64,000 nt of DNA, from sequence record NC_041975.1, one strand, 5' to 3'. This document shows positions 53,100 through 62,800 of the stretch, in pieces. The position numbers and the translations under genes are program-made. The notes under the pieces were generated by a model. It searched no databases, was not told the DNA's origin, and worked only from the letters and a program-made list of their open reading frames with translations. Numbering within the stretch: the stretch's first letter is position 1; the number at the start of each line of letters is the position of its first letter.

Positions 53100-53770
53100 C
53101 CCCAGCACGCGAACAGACCCAGCAATTTGTGATCGAGGCTATTGCTGAGATTCTCCCCGGTTCTAAGAACCGGGATATCTATATCGACTTCTTCTCGCGG
53201 TTGAGCGATGAGGCGTTTGATGCCCTGATGCAGCGGATGGATGAAGACCAGGAGATCTTCCCCTTCTACCATCCGAACTTTACCGGCACGGTAATTGATG
53301 TTGAACGTGTGATCAAGTTAATTGAAAAGCACGGCGACACCATCATGGAACAGCTCTGGGATATCGACCCGGAAACCGGACTGCAGTACCTGACTCCATT
53401 GAAGTATCCGGTGCTGTTACTTCCGCTGCGTATTCAGCAGCAGAAGCTGCAGAAGAAGATGTCGATTCCAAAAGACAACAACCACATCGACGATCTGACT
53501 AACCAGCCCACTACCGAATCCAAAGGAGCTTCCTTGTCTTACCCGGAAGTGCAGATCATCTATGCCATGGGTGGTGACAAGATTCTGGAAGAGACCATGA
53601 AGGTTCGTGGTGGTGATGAGAAGGCGTTTCGTGATTACAATAACGAAATCATTGCAAGCGGCGGTGTCACCATTGGCGCAATCAGCAGCAGCAAGACAAA
53701 GGTGAAGTCCACCAAAACCGTGCAAGTGATTCTTGAGGCCATGCACCTGAGCAACAACCTGGCCAGTTAA
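53096..53770 (+). CDS. Virion RNA polymerase beta subunit, C-terminal fragment (phiKZ gp149-like)
   Basis: IDDLTNQPT.ESKGASLSYPEVQ...AMG...EETMKVRGGD parallels RpoB SLVTQQPLGG...GEME..AL..YG...EMLTVKSDD. Confidence 0.8.
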   Translation: MTPAREQTQQFVIEAIAEILPGSKNRDIYIDFFSRLSDEAFDALMQRMDEDQEIFPFYHPNFTGTVIDVERVIKLIEKHGDTIMEQLWDIDPETGLQYLTPLKYPVLLLPLRIQQQKLQKKMSIPKDNNHIDDLTNQPTTESKGASLSYPEVQIIYAMGGDKILEETMKVRGGDEKAFRDYNNEIIASGGVTIGAISSSKTKVKSTKTVQVILEAMHLSNNLAS

Positions 53771-53779
53771 GGATGCAAC

Positions 53780-54340
53780 ATGAGTAGCTTGATAAACAAC
53801 CTGACCGGTAAAAACAAAGTTGAGTTCAGCCCGATTGATCTTGACAGTGAAGTCGAGCGGGTTGTCTCTGAGTATGTCGGTACATACTTACGCAACCGTA
53901 TCTTTCTGGCAGCACAATCGAAGATACCGGTGAATGAAGACCCAGGGTATCTGCAGATTGTAAACTTCTTGGCTTTGGTGAACATGGAGTTCAACCATAT
54001 GCGCATGTGGTCTACGTCCGACATGACCAATACCGTCTGGCCGCAGATCGTTGAAGATGAGTATGTGTTGCGCTTTGTGTTTAAAGGCACTACCCATGTC
54101 AGTGTGCGGTGCTTTGATGGCGATGTGCCCTTTCAGAAACTGGTCGACCATGTGGCCGGTTCTCTAAGCTGCATGTCACACGGCGGAAATGAAATCATCG
54201 CAGCAGCGTTAACCCAGGTCCTGCCACGCAATGACGAACTGGTTGAGCTCTTTACCGGTAACCAATGGTCGTTGTTCATTTATTACCTAACGCGCATTAA
54301 CATCATTGAGATTGTGACCAATTCGGGAGGTAGTGTATAA
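53780..54340 (+). CDS. Conserved hypothetical protein
   Basis: AAGGA RBS; core-region context. Confidence 0.7.
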   Translation: MSSLINNLTGKNKVEFSPIDLDSEVERVVSEYVGTYLRNRIFLAAQSKIPVNEDPGYLQIVNFLALVNMEFNHMRMWSTSDMTNTVWPQIVEDEYVLRFVFKGTTHVSVRCFDGDVPFQKLVDHVAGSLSCMSHGGNEIIAAALTQVLPRNDELVELFTGNQWSLFIYYLTRINIIEIVTNSGGSV

Positions 54341-55068
54341 TGGTGGGCGGAGATCGTATTGGGTGTTACGTCCCCCTGGATGCTTTGTTGGATACCCGTA
54401 TCGGGGTCATTGACCAAGTGGCCGGGGAAGTAGGATTGGAGTTGGTTAAGTCATGGTACCATACTCGCACGGCTGATCGCTTTGACCGAAAAGGCACACC
54501 GTTAACGCAGACGGCATATCAGGCAGCCTGGGCCGCCCGCAGTGAAGAGACCTTAAAGCGTACACGCATGACCTTTGTGCCGATGTACCTGATGAACCTG
54601 ATCAGTCGCTTTAACACCTCACACGGCATGCCGATCATGGCGGCGACCTACAACATCACGGTGAACACGTATCCGTATCGGTTATCCGATGAGCGCAAAG
54701 AGCAACTGCAGAAGATCATCGAAACGTACACGTCGGGCATTGCTGAAATCACCATTGACTATATCAGTCCAGCAGACCTGACTGTCGAGTACGTGAAGGC
54801 GAACTACTCCGTGTGCATCATGTATGAGTTTGATGAGTGGTTGATGTTGCATAAAGACGAGTTCAGTCAGACCCAGATGCCCGGGACCGTAATCCTGGCA
54901 CCTAAGTTGTATCTGGCGGATGTGGGGGAAGATGTGATTAAGCGGGCAGAGCAGACCGATGGCTTTGCAGGCCTGAGCCTGGCACTCTGTGCATTGGTGA
55001 CAGTGGTGTTCCTGGATGTAAGGTTGTTCTCTTATGTCACAGACACACCACCGAATCTGGATGAGTGA
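54340..55068 (+). CDS. Conserved hypothetical protein (phiKZ-like core)
   Basis: TAATG coupling; YVPLDALLDTR motif. Confidence 0.7.
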   Translation: MVGGDRIGCYVPLDALLDTRIGVIDQVAGEVGLELVKSWYHTRTADRFDRKGTPLTQTAYQAAWAARSEETLKRTRMTFVPMYLMNLISRFNTSHGMPIMAATYNITVNTYPYRLSDERKEQLQKIIETYTSGIAEITIDYISPADLTVEYVKANYSVCIMYEFDEWLMLHKDEFSQTQMPGTVILAPKLYLADVGEDVIKRAEQTDGFAGLSLALCALVTVVFLDVRLFSYVTDTPPNLDE

Positions 55069-55527
55069 TTACTTCTTTTCGCCGCCTGGGTTCATGATAT
55101 CATCGTACTCGATGTGTTCACTGCCTTGACGGGTCTCACCTGCTTTAAACTCCGGGACCGGTAACTGACTGGCATCCGGGGTTGGGGCAGGGACGGCGGC
55201 AATCGAGGTGTCTGCACCTTCACCACGCAGGGCAAAACCACCGGCAGCCAACACTTGCTTAACTGCACCGATGATAACAGCACCTTGCGCTTCGTCGTTC
55301 TCTTGGGCTTTCTGCTCAAGGTCAAGGCGTTGACGGTTAATGATGGATTTGTCGATATCACCCATCGCGGTCAAGGCGATCTTCAGCATCTTCGGGTCTT
55401 GTCGGGATGCCTTGATGGGAGCACCGGACTCAGAGTCCTTCTCATCAAGGATATCTTCGACAATCCCTAACCGTCGCATTTGCATACGACGCATCAAGGC
55501 CGCATCGTCTAATTCATAATCAGCCAT
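55069..55527 (-). CDS. Conserved hypothetical protein
   Basis: GGAGG RBS before ATG 55527; stop abuts the convergent stop. Confidence 0.7.
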   Translation of the reverse strand: MADYELDDAALMRRMQMRRLGIVEDILDEKDSESGAPIKASRQDPKMLKIALTAMGDIDKSIINRQRLDLEQKAQENDEAQGAVIIGAVKQVLAAGGFALRGEGADTSIAAVPAPTPDASQLPVPEFKAGETRQGSEHIEYDDIMNPGGEKK

Positions 55528-55549
55528 GAGGCCTCCAGAATAATTCACA

Positions 55550-55559
55550 CCTACATTAT
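55550..55559 (+). promoter_or_regulatory. Putative early promoter
   Basis: CCTACATTAT-N4-GTGAT. Confidence 0.65.
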
Positions 55560-55592
55560 CTAGGTGATCGTAGTGTATTAAAAGGAATCGTT

Positions 55593-56123
55593 ATGCGCTT
55601 TTTTAAAAAGCTTGCACTCAAACGATGCATGGCGATGTTGCGTGATGCGAAGCACGATACCTTCACCGCGCAAGAAAGCATGAACGTTCTACATGTGCTT
55701 GATACCGTGATTTCCACGGACGGCATCATAAAATATTTCGATGTTCGGGTTTCGCTCTCCATATTGATGGAAACACAACTCCCCAATGCGATGGCGATGC
55801 TGGACTTGATCACCGAAATAAACAAACACATTCAAAAGGATTTGGATGCCACGTTACCGGATCACGGGACACTATTTGCTGAGTTTCGTGATCTGCGAGT
55901 CTTAAGCTTATATGACTGGTTATCTGATAGCGCGGGTCGAGTAGTAGATGCACCACACTTTTACCAACTGTTCATTGATCAGTTGAACCAATTAATTACC
56001 GTTATAGTGAACTGTGAAGACCAGGCAACCCAACAGTATTATCTGCGTAGATTGCAACCGCTCTACAACGAATTACTGGGAACAGTGTATGCGGCGTTAC
56101 ACTGCGGAATGCTGAGTCTCTAA
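55593..56123 (+). CDS. Conserved hypothetical protein
   Basis: AAGGA RBS. Confidence 0.7.
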   Translation: MRFFKKLALKRCMAMLRDAKHDTFTAQESMNVLHVLDTVISTDGIIKYFDVRVSLSILMETQLPNAMAMLDLITEINKHIQKDLDATLPDHGTLFAEFRDLRVLSLYDWLSDSAGRVVDAPHFYQLFIDQLNQLITVIVNCEDQATQQYYLRRLQPLYNELLGTVYAALHCGMLSL

Positions 56124-56134
56124 GGAGTTATCAG

Positions 56135-56599
56135 GTGTCTGACAAGAAAAAACCAAGGGATCAATTGACGGAGATGTTAACCGATCCGACAAAGCGGTCA
56201 CGGCAGACCGCGCATCCGTTGGTGAGGCTCTGGCGACAATTCATGGCACGGGAGCTCATCACTCCTTCCAAATGGGGTGCCTTGATTGCCGAGCACATCA
56301 CTCGATTGCGACAATACAAAGAAATGGATGTCCAGGCTGTTGGTACCGAACGGGGTAATTTAAAGAAAGCGTTTATTGAAAAGAACACCATGTCTTTTTC
56401 GGCGTTTCAACGTGGCTTACGTTTCCTGGGTTTTGCCAAGGTCACGATCATCGTCATTGCAGAGCGACCTAATGGTGAGAAGGTTGAAGAGCGTGTCGAG
56501 ATTGAATTAATTAAGCGTATGTTTACAGCAGGAACACCGCCAGCCACACCGCCGACAGAGAAAGATAAACCCGATTCTGATAAACCGCCTGAGAAGTAA
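56135..56599 (+). CDS. Conserved hypothetical protein, possibly DNA-binding
   Basis: AAGGAG RBS; basic helical protein. Confidence 0.65.
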   Translation: MSDKKKPRDQLTEMLTDPTKRSRQTAHPLVRLWRQFMARELITPSKWGALIAEHITRLRQYKEMDVQAVGTERGNLKKAFIEKNTMSFSAFQRGLRFLGFAKVTIIVIAERPNGEKVEERVEIELIKRMFTAGTPPATPPTEKDKPDSDKPPEK

Positions 56600-56670
56600 A
56601 GACGATACTATAGAAGATGGGGCTTCGGTCCCATCGCTATTCCCTTCTTTTTTTTTGTTGAGGTTTGATC

Positions 56671-57741
56671 ATGGCTGGAGTGGATATTGGGCAATCGATT
56701 CAAAACTCGATTAAGGCAGCAGGTTCAGTAACAACCAACGCCGTGAACAAAGTTCAATCAACTTTTGTCGGAGGCGTGAAAGAAGACCTGGCATTAATCG
56801 ATGCCAAAGCGAAGTCAGCGGTACAAACCCTGAACTCGTTTAAAGATACCCAGATTGGTGCTATCGATGGCTTTATCAAGAAAGTCTCCGGGGGTGCGCT
56901 CAGCATCTCTGAACTCTCGAGCATCATCGATGTACGCAACGGGATCAGCATTGACTACCAGCGCCTCTATCGTCGCTTAGGAGATGCGGCGGGTTTCCCG
57001 ATGGATTCAATCATTGGGATGACAGCTGATCTTAAAATGGAAGTGGCGAATCTCCTTGATGCCTATTCCAGCAAGAACTACACCTACCTGCTTAATAAAG
57101 CCGGGGTGAAGATCGGGGTCAATGACTCAAGCTATCAAGCGGCACAGTTGATTGCTGGCGTGATCAGTAAGATGTCCAAGTCGGACTCTGACTTTAATAC
57201 CATGGTGGATGAAGCAGCGCAACTGGCGCTGTTGAATGTCATGGTGCGTAATGCGGTGCAGGTCGGACTCTGGTCAGGGATTGATACCTTACTGGGTCAG
57301 TACACTGATAAAGCAGCTGGGATCACCAATCTGGCGACCTGTGCCCAGATCTCGATTCGGGGCGGGGATGTCTTTACCACCAAGTACATCATTGACACCG
57401 TCGGGATCGCGCGGGTCACTGCACTGAACACCGATTTCCTGACTGACATGTTGCGTTACTTTAAGTTCAAGAGTGATGTGACTGCGGATCAGTACGCGAA
57501 CTACCTGGCGACGTTGACTTACTGTTTACAGCAGGCCGAAGCCGATTGGGCGTATATGCAGTTCGGTACAGTGCGGGCGTTACGGTTAAAGCCGTTCACC
57601 AATGCGTCTACCGATGCGATTACCTTGTTTCAGCACACTGACGAATACCGTCAGCACGTCATGATTGCCCGGACTTATCCACCTCGTGATCTGATGGATT
57701 TACTGAAACAGAATTACCCGTATATGGCTGTTGTGCAATAA
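56671..57741 (+). CDS. Probable tail/baseplate structural protein
   Basis: GAGGT RBS; adjacent to tail genes. Confidence 0.55.
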   Translation: MAGVDIGQSIQNSIKAAGSVTTNAVNKVQSTFVGGVKEDLALIDAKAKSAVQTLNSFKDTQIGAIDGFIKKVSGGALSISELSSIIDVRNGISIDYQRLYRRLGDAAGFPMDSIIGMTADLKMEVANLLDAYSSKNYTYLLNKAGVKIGVNDSSYQAAQLIAGVISKMSKSDSDFNTMVDEAAQLALLNVMVRNAVQVGLWSGIDTLLGQYTDKAAGITNLATCAQISIRGGDVFTTKYIIDTVGIARVTALNTDFLTDMLRYFKFKSDVTADQYANYLATLTYCLQQAEADWAYMQFGTVRALRLKPFTNASTDAITLFQHTDEYRQHVMIARTYPPRDLMDLLKQNYPYMAVVQ

Positions 57742-57744
57742 CCA

Positions 57745-57783
57745 ACATAAGGAGAGGGCGTTTGCCCTCTCCTCTATGCCGTC
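57745..57783. terminator. Bidirectional terminator
   Basis: ACATAA-GGAGAGGGC-gttt-GCCCTCTCC-TCTATGCCGTC and poly-T. Confidence 0.85.
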
Positions 57784-57805
57784 TTTTTTTTTGTGCAAGG
57801 TACAT

Positions 57806-59794
57806 CTAATTGCGGTAGGTACCCTCGACAAATGCGCTGATTGCCTGCCCGACCAGCGAGGACGAGAAGGTTGCAGCCATTTGGGTTGGAGACACCCACT
57901 GTTTCACATCGAGCTGGGTCTTGGCTAACACGCGTGCCAGTTTGTCTGAACGGTAGATCTGTTCATTCAATCCCATGCCAGACAGCACTGCCAGATAGTC
58001 GGAGTAGTTGTTGTCATCGGTCATGAGCTTAGCAGCCGCACGTGCCGGGTTGGTTAAGTCACCCGGGTTCAACGCAGGGTCGATCGGTGCATGTAGCATT
58101 GGTGACATATCGGCCACCGAGAACGTCACGTCAATCCCCAAAGGATGTTTGTCTTTGTTCCAGCCCACGTTACCCACACCACGTTGAATACTCATTGAGT
58201 CGATCATCCCTAAACGGGTTTGTGAGCGACCTTTTGAATACGCTTCGACTAAGAACGGTGAGGTATAGGCCTGAGCGCCCACAGAACGCGGTAGGACCAT
58301 GTTTAACAAACAAACCAAGGGAATGATCAGGTTCTGGATGCGTGCCACTGGGTGACCGTACGGAGAGCGTAGATTGATGGTGTAGGTTTCCCGGGGTAAG
58401 GATGCCGTCGAGCCTGTCCAGTGTTGTGGGATCTCAATATACCCTTGGCCCAACATCAGGTTAACAATCCCACCAAGACTGGTGCCGGATGCATAACCTT
58501 GGACTACCTGCATACTGGAGTCAATCAAGGCATCGATCGGTGCAAAGCCAGTCTTGCCACCGCCAGCCATGAAGCGAGCATCCTGTGCTGCAGTAGACGC
58601 GCCGTTCAGTATCCCGGTTAACTGGTTTTCACCAAACGAACTCTGGAAGGATTCCCCGATCGCACCGTTATGGTTGACCTTGAAACCAATAAAGGAACCG
58701 CCATCCCGCAACTCCGATTCCATGTGGTCGAGTACACTGTTAAAGAACCCGGTGGATTTCTCCACATCAGTGACCGACGCAGCATCACCTGTGGCAGTTG
58801 GTGCAGTTACTCCGGTATCACCATCAGCATCCGTGGTGTAGTTCCCCGCCCCTTCCATCCCGGTACCAGACGGATCTTTCACCTGACCCAATCCCGAACT
58901 GAAGTAGGACTGCAGATACGTGGTCAGATTAGACTCTGGGCTGTCGCCAGCCGGATCGGTCCATTCGTTACCGTGTTTGTTAATCGCCCGGATCGCACTA
59001 TTACGTTCAGTTACCGAAGAGGACTCGATACGCTGGGCCAGTGCTTTCTGCCAACGAATGTGTTTACGGTTTGCACGGTTAGCAAGATAGAAAAGGTCAA
59101 CAGAACCATCAGCACGCCACAAACCAGGCAACATGTTCGCAAGCAGTTTACGCTCGTTCGGTGTGTAAGCAGAGAAGTCAAACGTTTGTTCCTTAGCCTG
59201 AGCATGACGCGTACGAAATGCCGGTGGGATAATCCCCATGTTGATCATGATGGCGTTCAACATGTTGGTGCAGGATTTCCAATAGAGCGGCATTGCGTTC
59301 TTGGAGTAATAGAATTTGGATTTCGGAATCCCCATCAACCAGGTAACCGTGGTATAGGTGACCGAGATGGCCTGCAGTGGCCAGTGTACAATTGCTGACG
59401 CCGCTTCGGCAAAGTGGAACAGCCAACCCGGGGCACGTCCGGTACGCGCCAGGTAGGCGGCGTTGGCATCAAACATGTTGGCCAGGAAACTGAAGATCCC
59501 GTTGAACTCCGGCACCCCCATACGGAAATAGACCACATCGGCATTGTCATCAATGTTAGCACTATAGTCCGACCCCATTCCACCAAACTGATCATTCCAC
59601 CAACGACTGGCACGAATGTCACAGCTCGGCGACCACTGAGGCGGTGGGTTAATCCAGAAGTTACCACCCGGGGTTGTGTCTGTGAATTTGTTTCGGGCCT
59701 TCTGATATTGCCTACGGTCTTTTAACCCGTCATCAATATTTACACCAGAAAGCATAAATGCCTGTTGTAAATAATCATGGTCTTTAATGTTCAT
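57806..59794 (-). CDS. Probable tail tip/baseplate hub protein
   Basis: 662 aa directly downstream of the giant tail protein; IDSMSIQRG..W...VTF motif. Confidence 0.6.
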   Translation of the reverse strand: MNIKDHDYLQQAFMLSGVNIDDGLKDRRQYQKARNKFTDTTPGGNFWINPPPQWSPSCDIRASRWWNDQFGGMGSDYSANIDDNADVVYFRMGVPEFNGIFSFLANMFDANAAYLARTGRAPGWLFHFAEAASAIVHWPLQAISVTYTTVTWLMGIPKSKFYYSKNAMPLYWKSCTNMLNAIMINMGIIPPAFRTRHAQAKEQTFDFSAYTPNERKLLANMLPGLWRADGSVDLFYLANRANRKHIRWQKALAQRIESSSVTERNSAIRAINKHGNEWTDPAGDSPESNLTTYLQSYFSSGLGQVKDPSGTGMEGAGNYTTDADGDTGVTAPTATGDAASVTDVEKSTGFFNSVLDHMESELRDGGSFIGFKVNHNGAIGESFQSSFGENQLTGILNGASTAAQDARFMAGGGKTGFAPIDALIDSSMQVVQGYASGTSLGGIVNLMLGQGYIEIPQHWTGSTASLPRETYTINLRSPYGHPVARIQNLIIPLVCLLNMVLPRSVGAQAYTSPFLVEAYSKGRSQTRLGMIDSMSIQRGVGNVGWNKDKHPLGIDVTFSVADMSPMLHAPIDPALNPGDLTNPARAAAKLMTDDNNYSDYLAVLSGMGLNEQIYRSDKLARVLAKTQLDVKQWVSPTQMAATFSSSLVGQAISAFVEGTYRN

Positions 59795-59856
59795 TCACCA
59801 ACTCCGAATGATTAAGAATAAGAAGGCGGGGTATGACCCCCGCCTGATGTTACTGA

Positions 59857-62800
59857 CTAGCCATTACCGTACTTGCGAGCAAAGCTCACCGGTGGTGTAC
59901 CAGCACCACTGGCAGGTGCTTGCGGTGCCGCCGGTGCAGGTTTGTTCAACATCTGGGTTTGCACCGCAATGAACTGCTTCATGATCTCAACCAACGAGTT
60001 CATGTTATTGTCGATGTTCGCCAGGTGGTCTTTACTGCCAGAGATCGCCGCAGCGGACTCTTTCGGTAAGACCGGTACGGGTGCCGGGGCAGGGGCTACT
60101 GTCGTGACCTGCGGGGCATTAGGAACCTGCCCTTGGGTCGGTTGCATCCGAGGAGGCGTGTTAAGGGTTGGGGTGGTTGGTGTTGGTGTAGACGCATCAG
60201 CGGCTGCTTGCTTATCGATAGCCGATGCCGTGGAGTCTTTGGCATTCGGTGTCGATGAACCTGCAGAAACGGCTGCTGCTACACTTGGTCCGCTTGTTGA
60301 CTTCAATGCTGGCGCATCACCCTGGCCCGGAGGTGGTGCTACGGCATTAGCCGCAGACGCACCCGGTGCAGTCAGCTCAGCTGCCGTCTTCGCACCCGAC
60401 AATGCCGGAGTAGAAGGTCCGCTCTGTGCTTGACCGGATGCCAAGGTTTGTGCCTGGTTATCTTCAGCTGCATCACCTTGTGGGCCAGCAGACTGATCTT
60501 TACCCGAGAGAATGTCATCAAACTTCCCAGTCCCCATCAGATCCGTATACTGTTTGAACAACTGACCACGTTCAGCTAAACCGTGTGTCCCGCCGTTAAC
60601 CAATTTGGTAACAGTATTCAGATCCCCTTTCTTCGCAGCTTCCTCAATCCCATTACGCGACTTCCAATACCACAGTGCTGACTTCGCAGCCATGGTTGGG
60701 TCAGTCGAGAGTTTATCGGGATCGGACACCAGGTCAACGCCAAGGCCTTTACTGGCGGCTGCGTAGTTGGCTTTACCGGTCAGCTGCATGAAGCCACGTC
60801 CACGGTACTTCCAACCATCACCCGGTTTGTCGTTCCCCATACGACCGCCGTAGATCGAGTTGGCAATCGCCACTGGACCCGCTGTCGCTAACTGCTGCGC
60901 GGCTGCCAGGGTGGGGAAGCGGTTAGGCCAGAGCCTCATCAGAGTCTCTGCTTTATAACGCAGGTTCTCTTCGAGTTTGCTAAAGCCTCCGGACTCCAGG
61001 TGAGTCTGGGCCAAGAGCATGGCGAGTTCTTGTTTATCCGTAATGCCGGACTTCATGGCTTCACGAATCAAGATACGCGCACCCTCTTCAGCGCCTGGAC
61101 CTAACTTGATCGGCCCAACCTTCCCGGTGTTGTCAATCCCCCCACCTGCACCTGCCGCACCACCTGCCGCACCACCACCATAGGCTGTCTCGATACGTCC
61201 CGTTTCCGGGTTGTATGTGGTTACCTGACGCTGAGAGGTATAGACTTGACCGGTACTCGTCTTCACCTGGTTGTTCACCATGTTACCGGACGAGTCCTTA
61301 CGCCAATCTTTCTCAGTAGTGCCATCGGCCCGTTGTTGCACACCGCCTTTTACCGCTTCAGCAGAATACTGCGCTTGTTTGACTTGTGCCTTCAGGTTAT
61401 TCAGGTGGTTTTGAACAACAGAGGCATCATCATTAAGTTCACCGGTTGACCACGGCGAGGTCTTAATGGTCCAAACAGAGATCGCATTCACACCGTCACT
61501 GTATTTGGCATTGGTCATCGCTGTCGCTGCAGCGAACTTCAACTCCGGTGGCATCTTCGGTACAGCAAGGGTCGGTCGACTGTCTCCGGTCTGGGTATAG
61601 ACCGTGCTGGCAAACGCTAAGTACGCCGGCAAGAAGCGACGAGTAAACCACGGTTCCCATGATTTGTAAGACCACTGGTTGGATGGACTCAAACCAAAGC
61701 TTGCAGCAACAACCCGGTAGATGTCTGAGGCTTTACCGTCAAACGTCGCACCGTTATCTGCAAACTTGATCTTGTTCGCCATCACCAGTTCCAACTGCAG
61801 GAGTGTCGACACACGATCAACATCCAACGTTGGCAGGCCATACACTTTCATCCGCAGCGCAGTGAGATCATCCATCGGCTGACCGGCTTTAGGTAGCAAG
61901 CCACCTAAGAGATCCCCGGCACTGACCACAGTACGATCACCGGTAAACCACGACGACTCTTTATGCCCAACCGTTTTCAGCTCAGGGATATCGCCATTTG
62001 GGTTAATGGCTTTGACCATGTCACTGCTGAGTTCACGACTGGAGGCAACCTTATCCATCCCGGTTGCAAAGACCGACGCTGATTTCCCCGTGGTCATCTT
62101 CTGAGCTTTGTTGCGCAGACGATCCAGCACATCTTTTACCAGCGCTTCGGTCTGTTTGCGATCGGTTGCATTCAGATCCGGGAAGATACGGCCGGTAAAC
62201 ATGTACGGGTGATCAGATGACTCATCGAACTGTTGTGCACGTTTGGCGATCTCGTACTTCGCCGCTTCATCCGTCGACTTATCGAGATCCATGAAGGCCT
62301 GGCTTGGCAGGACTTGTTTCGCCACAGCTTTGTGGGTCAGGTAAACCGGTTTGAAGCGATGCAGGAACCAACCCGCGAATTGCTCCACTTGCTCACGGTC
62401 ATTCGGGTCATCAACAAACAATGAACCGAGTTGGGCGATTGGGGCTTTCGGGTCGAGTGAGGCATAGCCATCATCGGTGGTTTTGACATACGGTTCTAAC
62501 GCGGCTTCCAACTTCAGGATGGCCGAGACATGACTGGAGTCATTATCCGGAACACCATACTGACGTAGGCGCATCTGCTGCAGTAAACCCGGGTCATTAA
62601 ACCAGGTGTATAAAGAACGACCGATAGCACCGCCCCCTAATGCACCAATGGCACCGCCCGCAATGGCACCAATGGCTGTACCGACAACCGGCACGACTGA
62701 ACCGATAGCCGCACCCATTGCTGCACCACCCAGGATACCACCAACACCGGAGCCAGCTGCTTCTGCCATACCTGCGTTGTCACCCGCCTTGTACGAATCC

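Noticed and set aside
774-57783. CRISPR-like array from the recurring hairpins
   Set aside because: Stems differ in sequence, are dispersed at gene ends and lack regular spacers.
58670-59398. 242-aa + strand ORF, and similar long antisense ORFs at 59873-60433, 62606-63349 and 36096-36563
   Set aside because: Antisense shadows of strongly biased structural or helicase genes, with no motifs or RBS.
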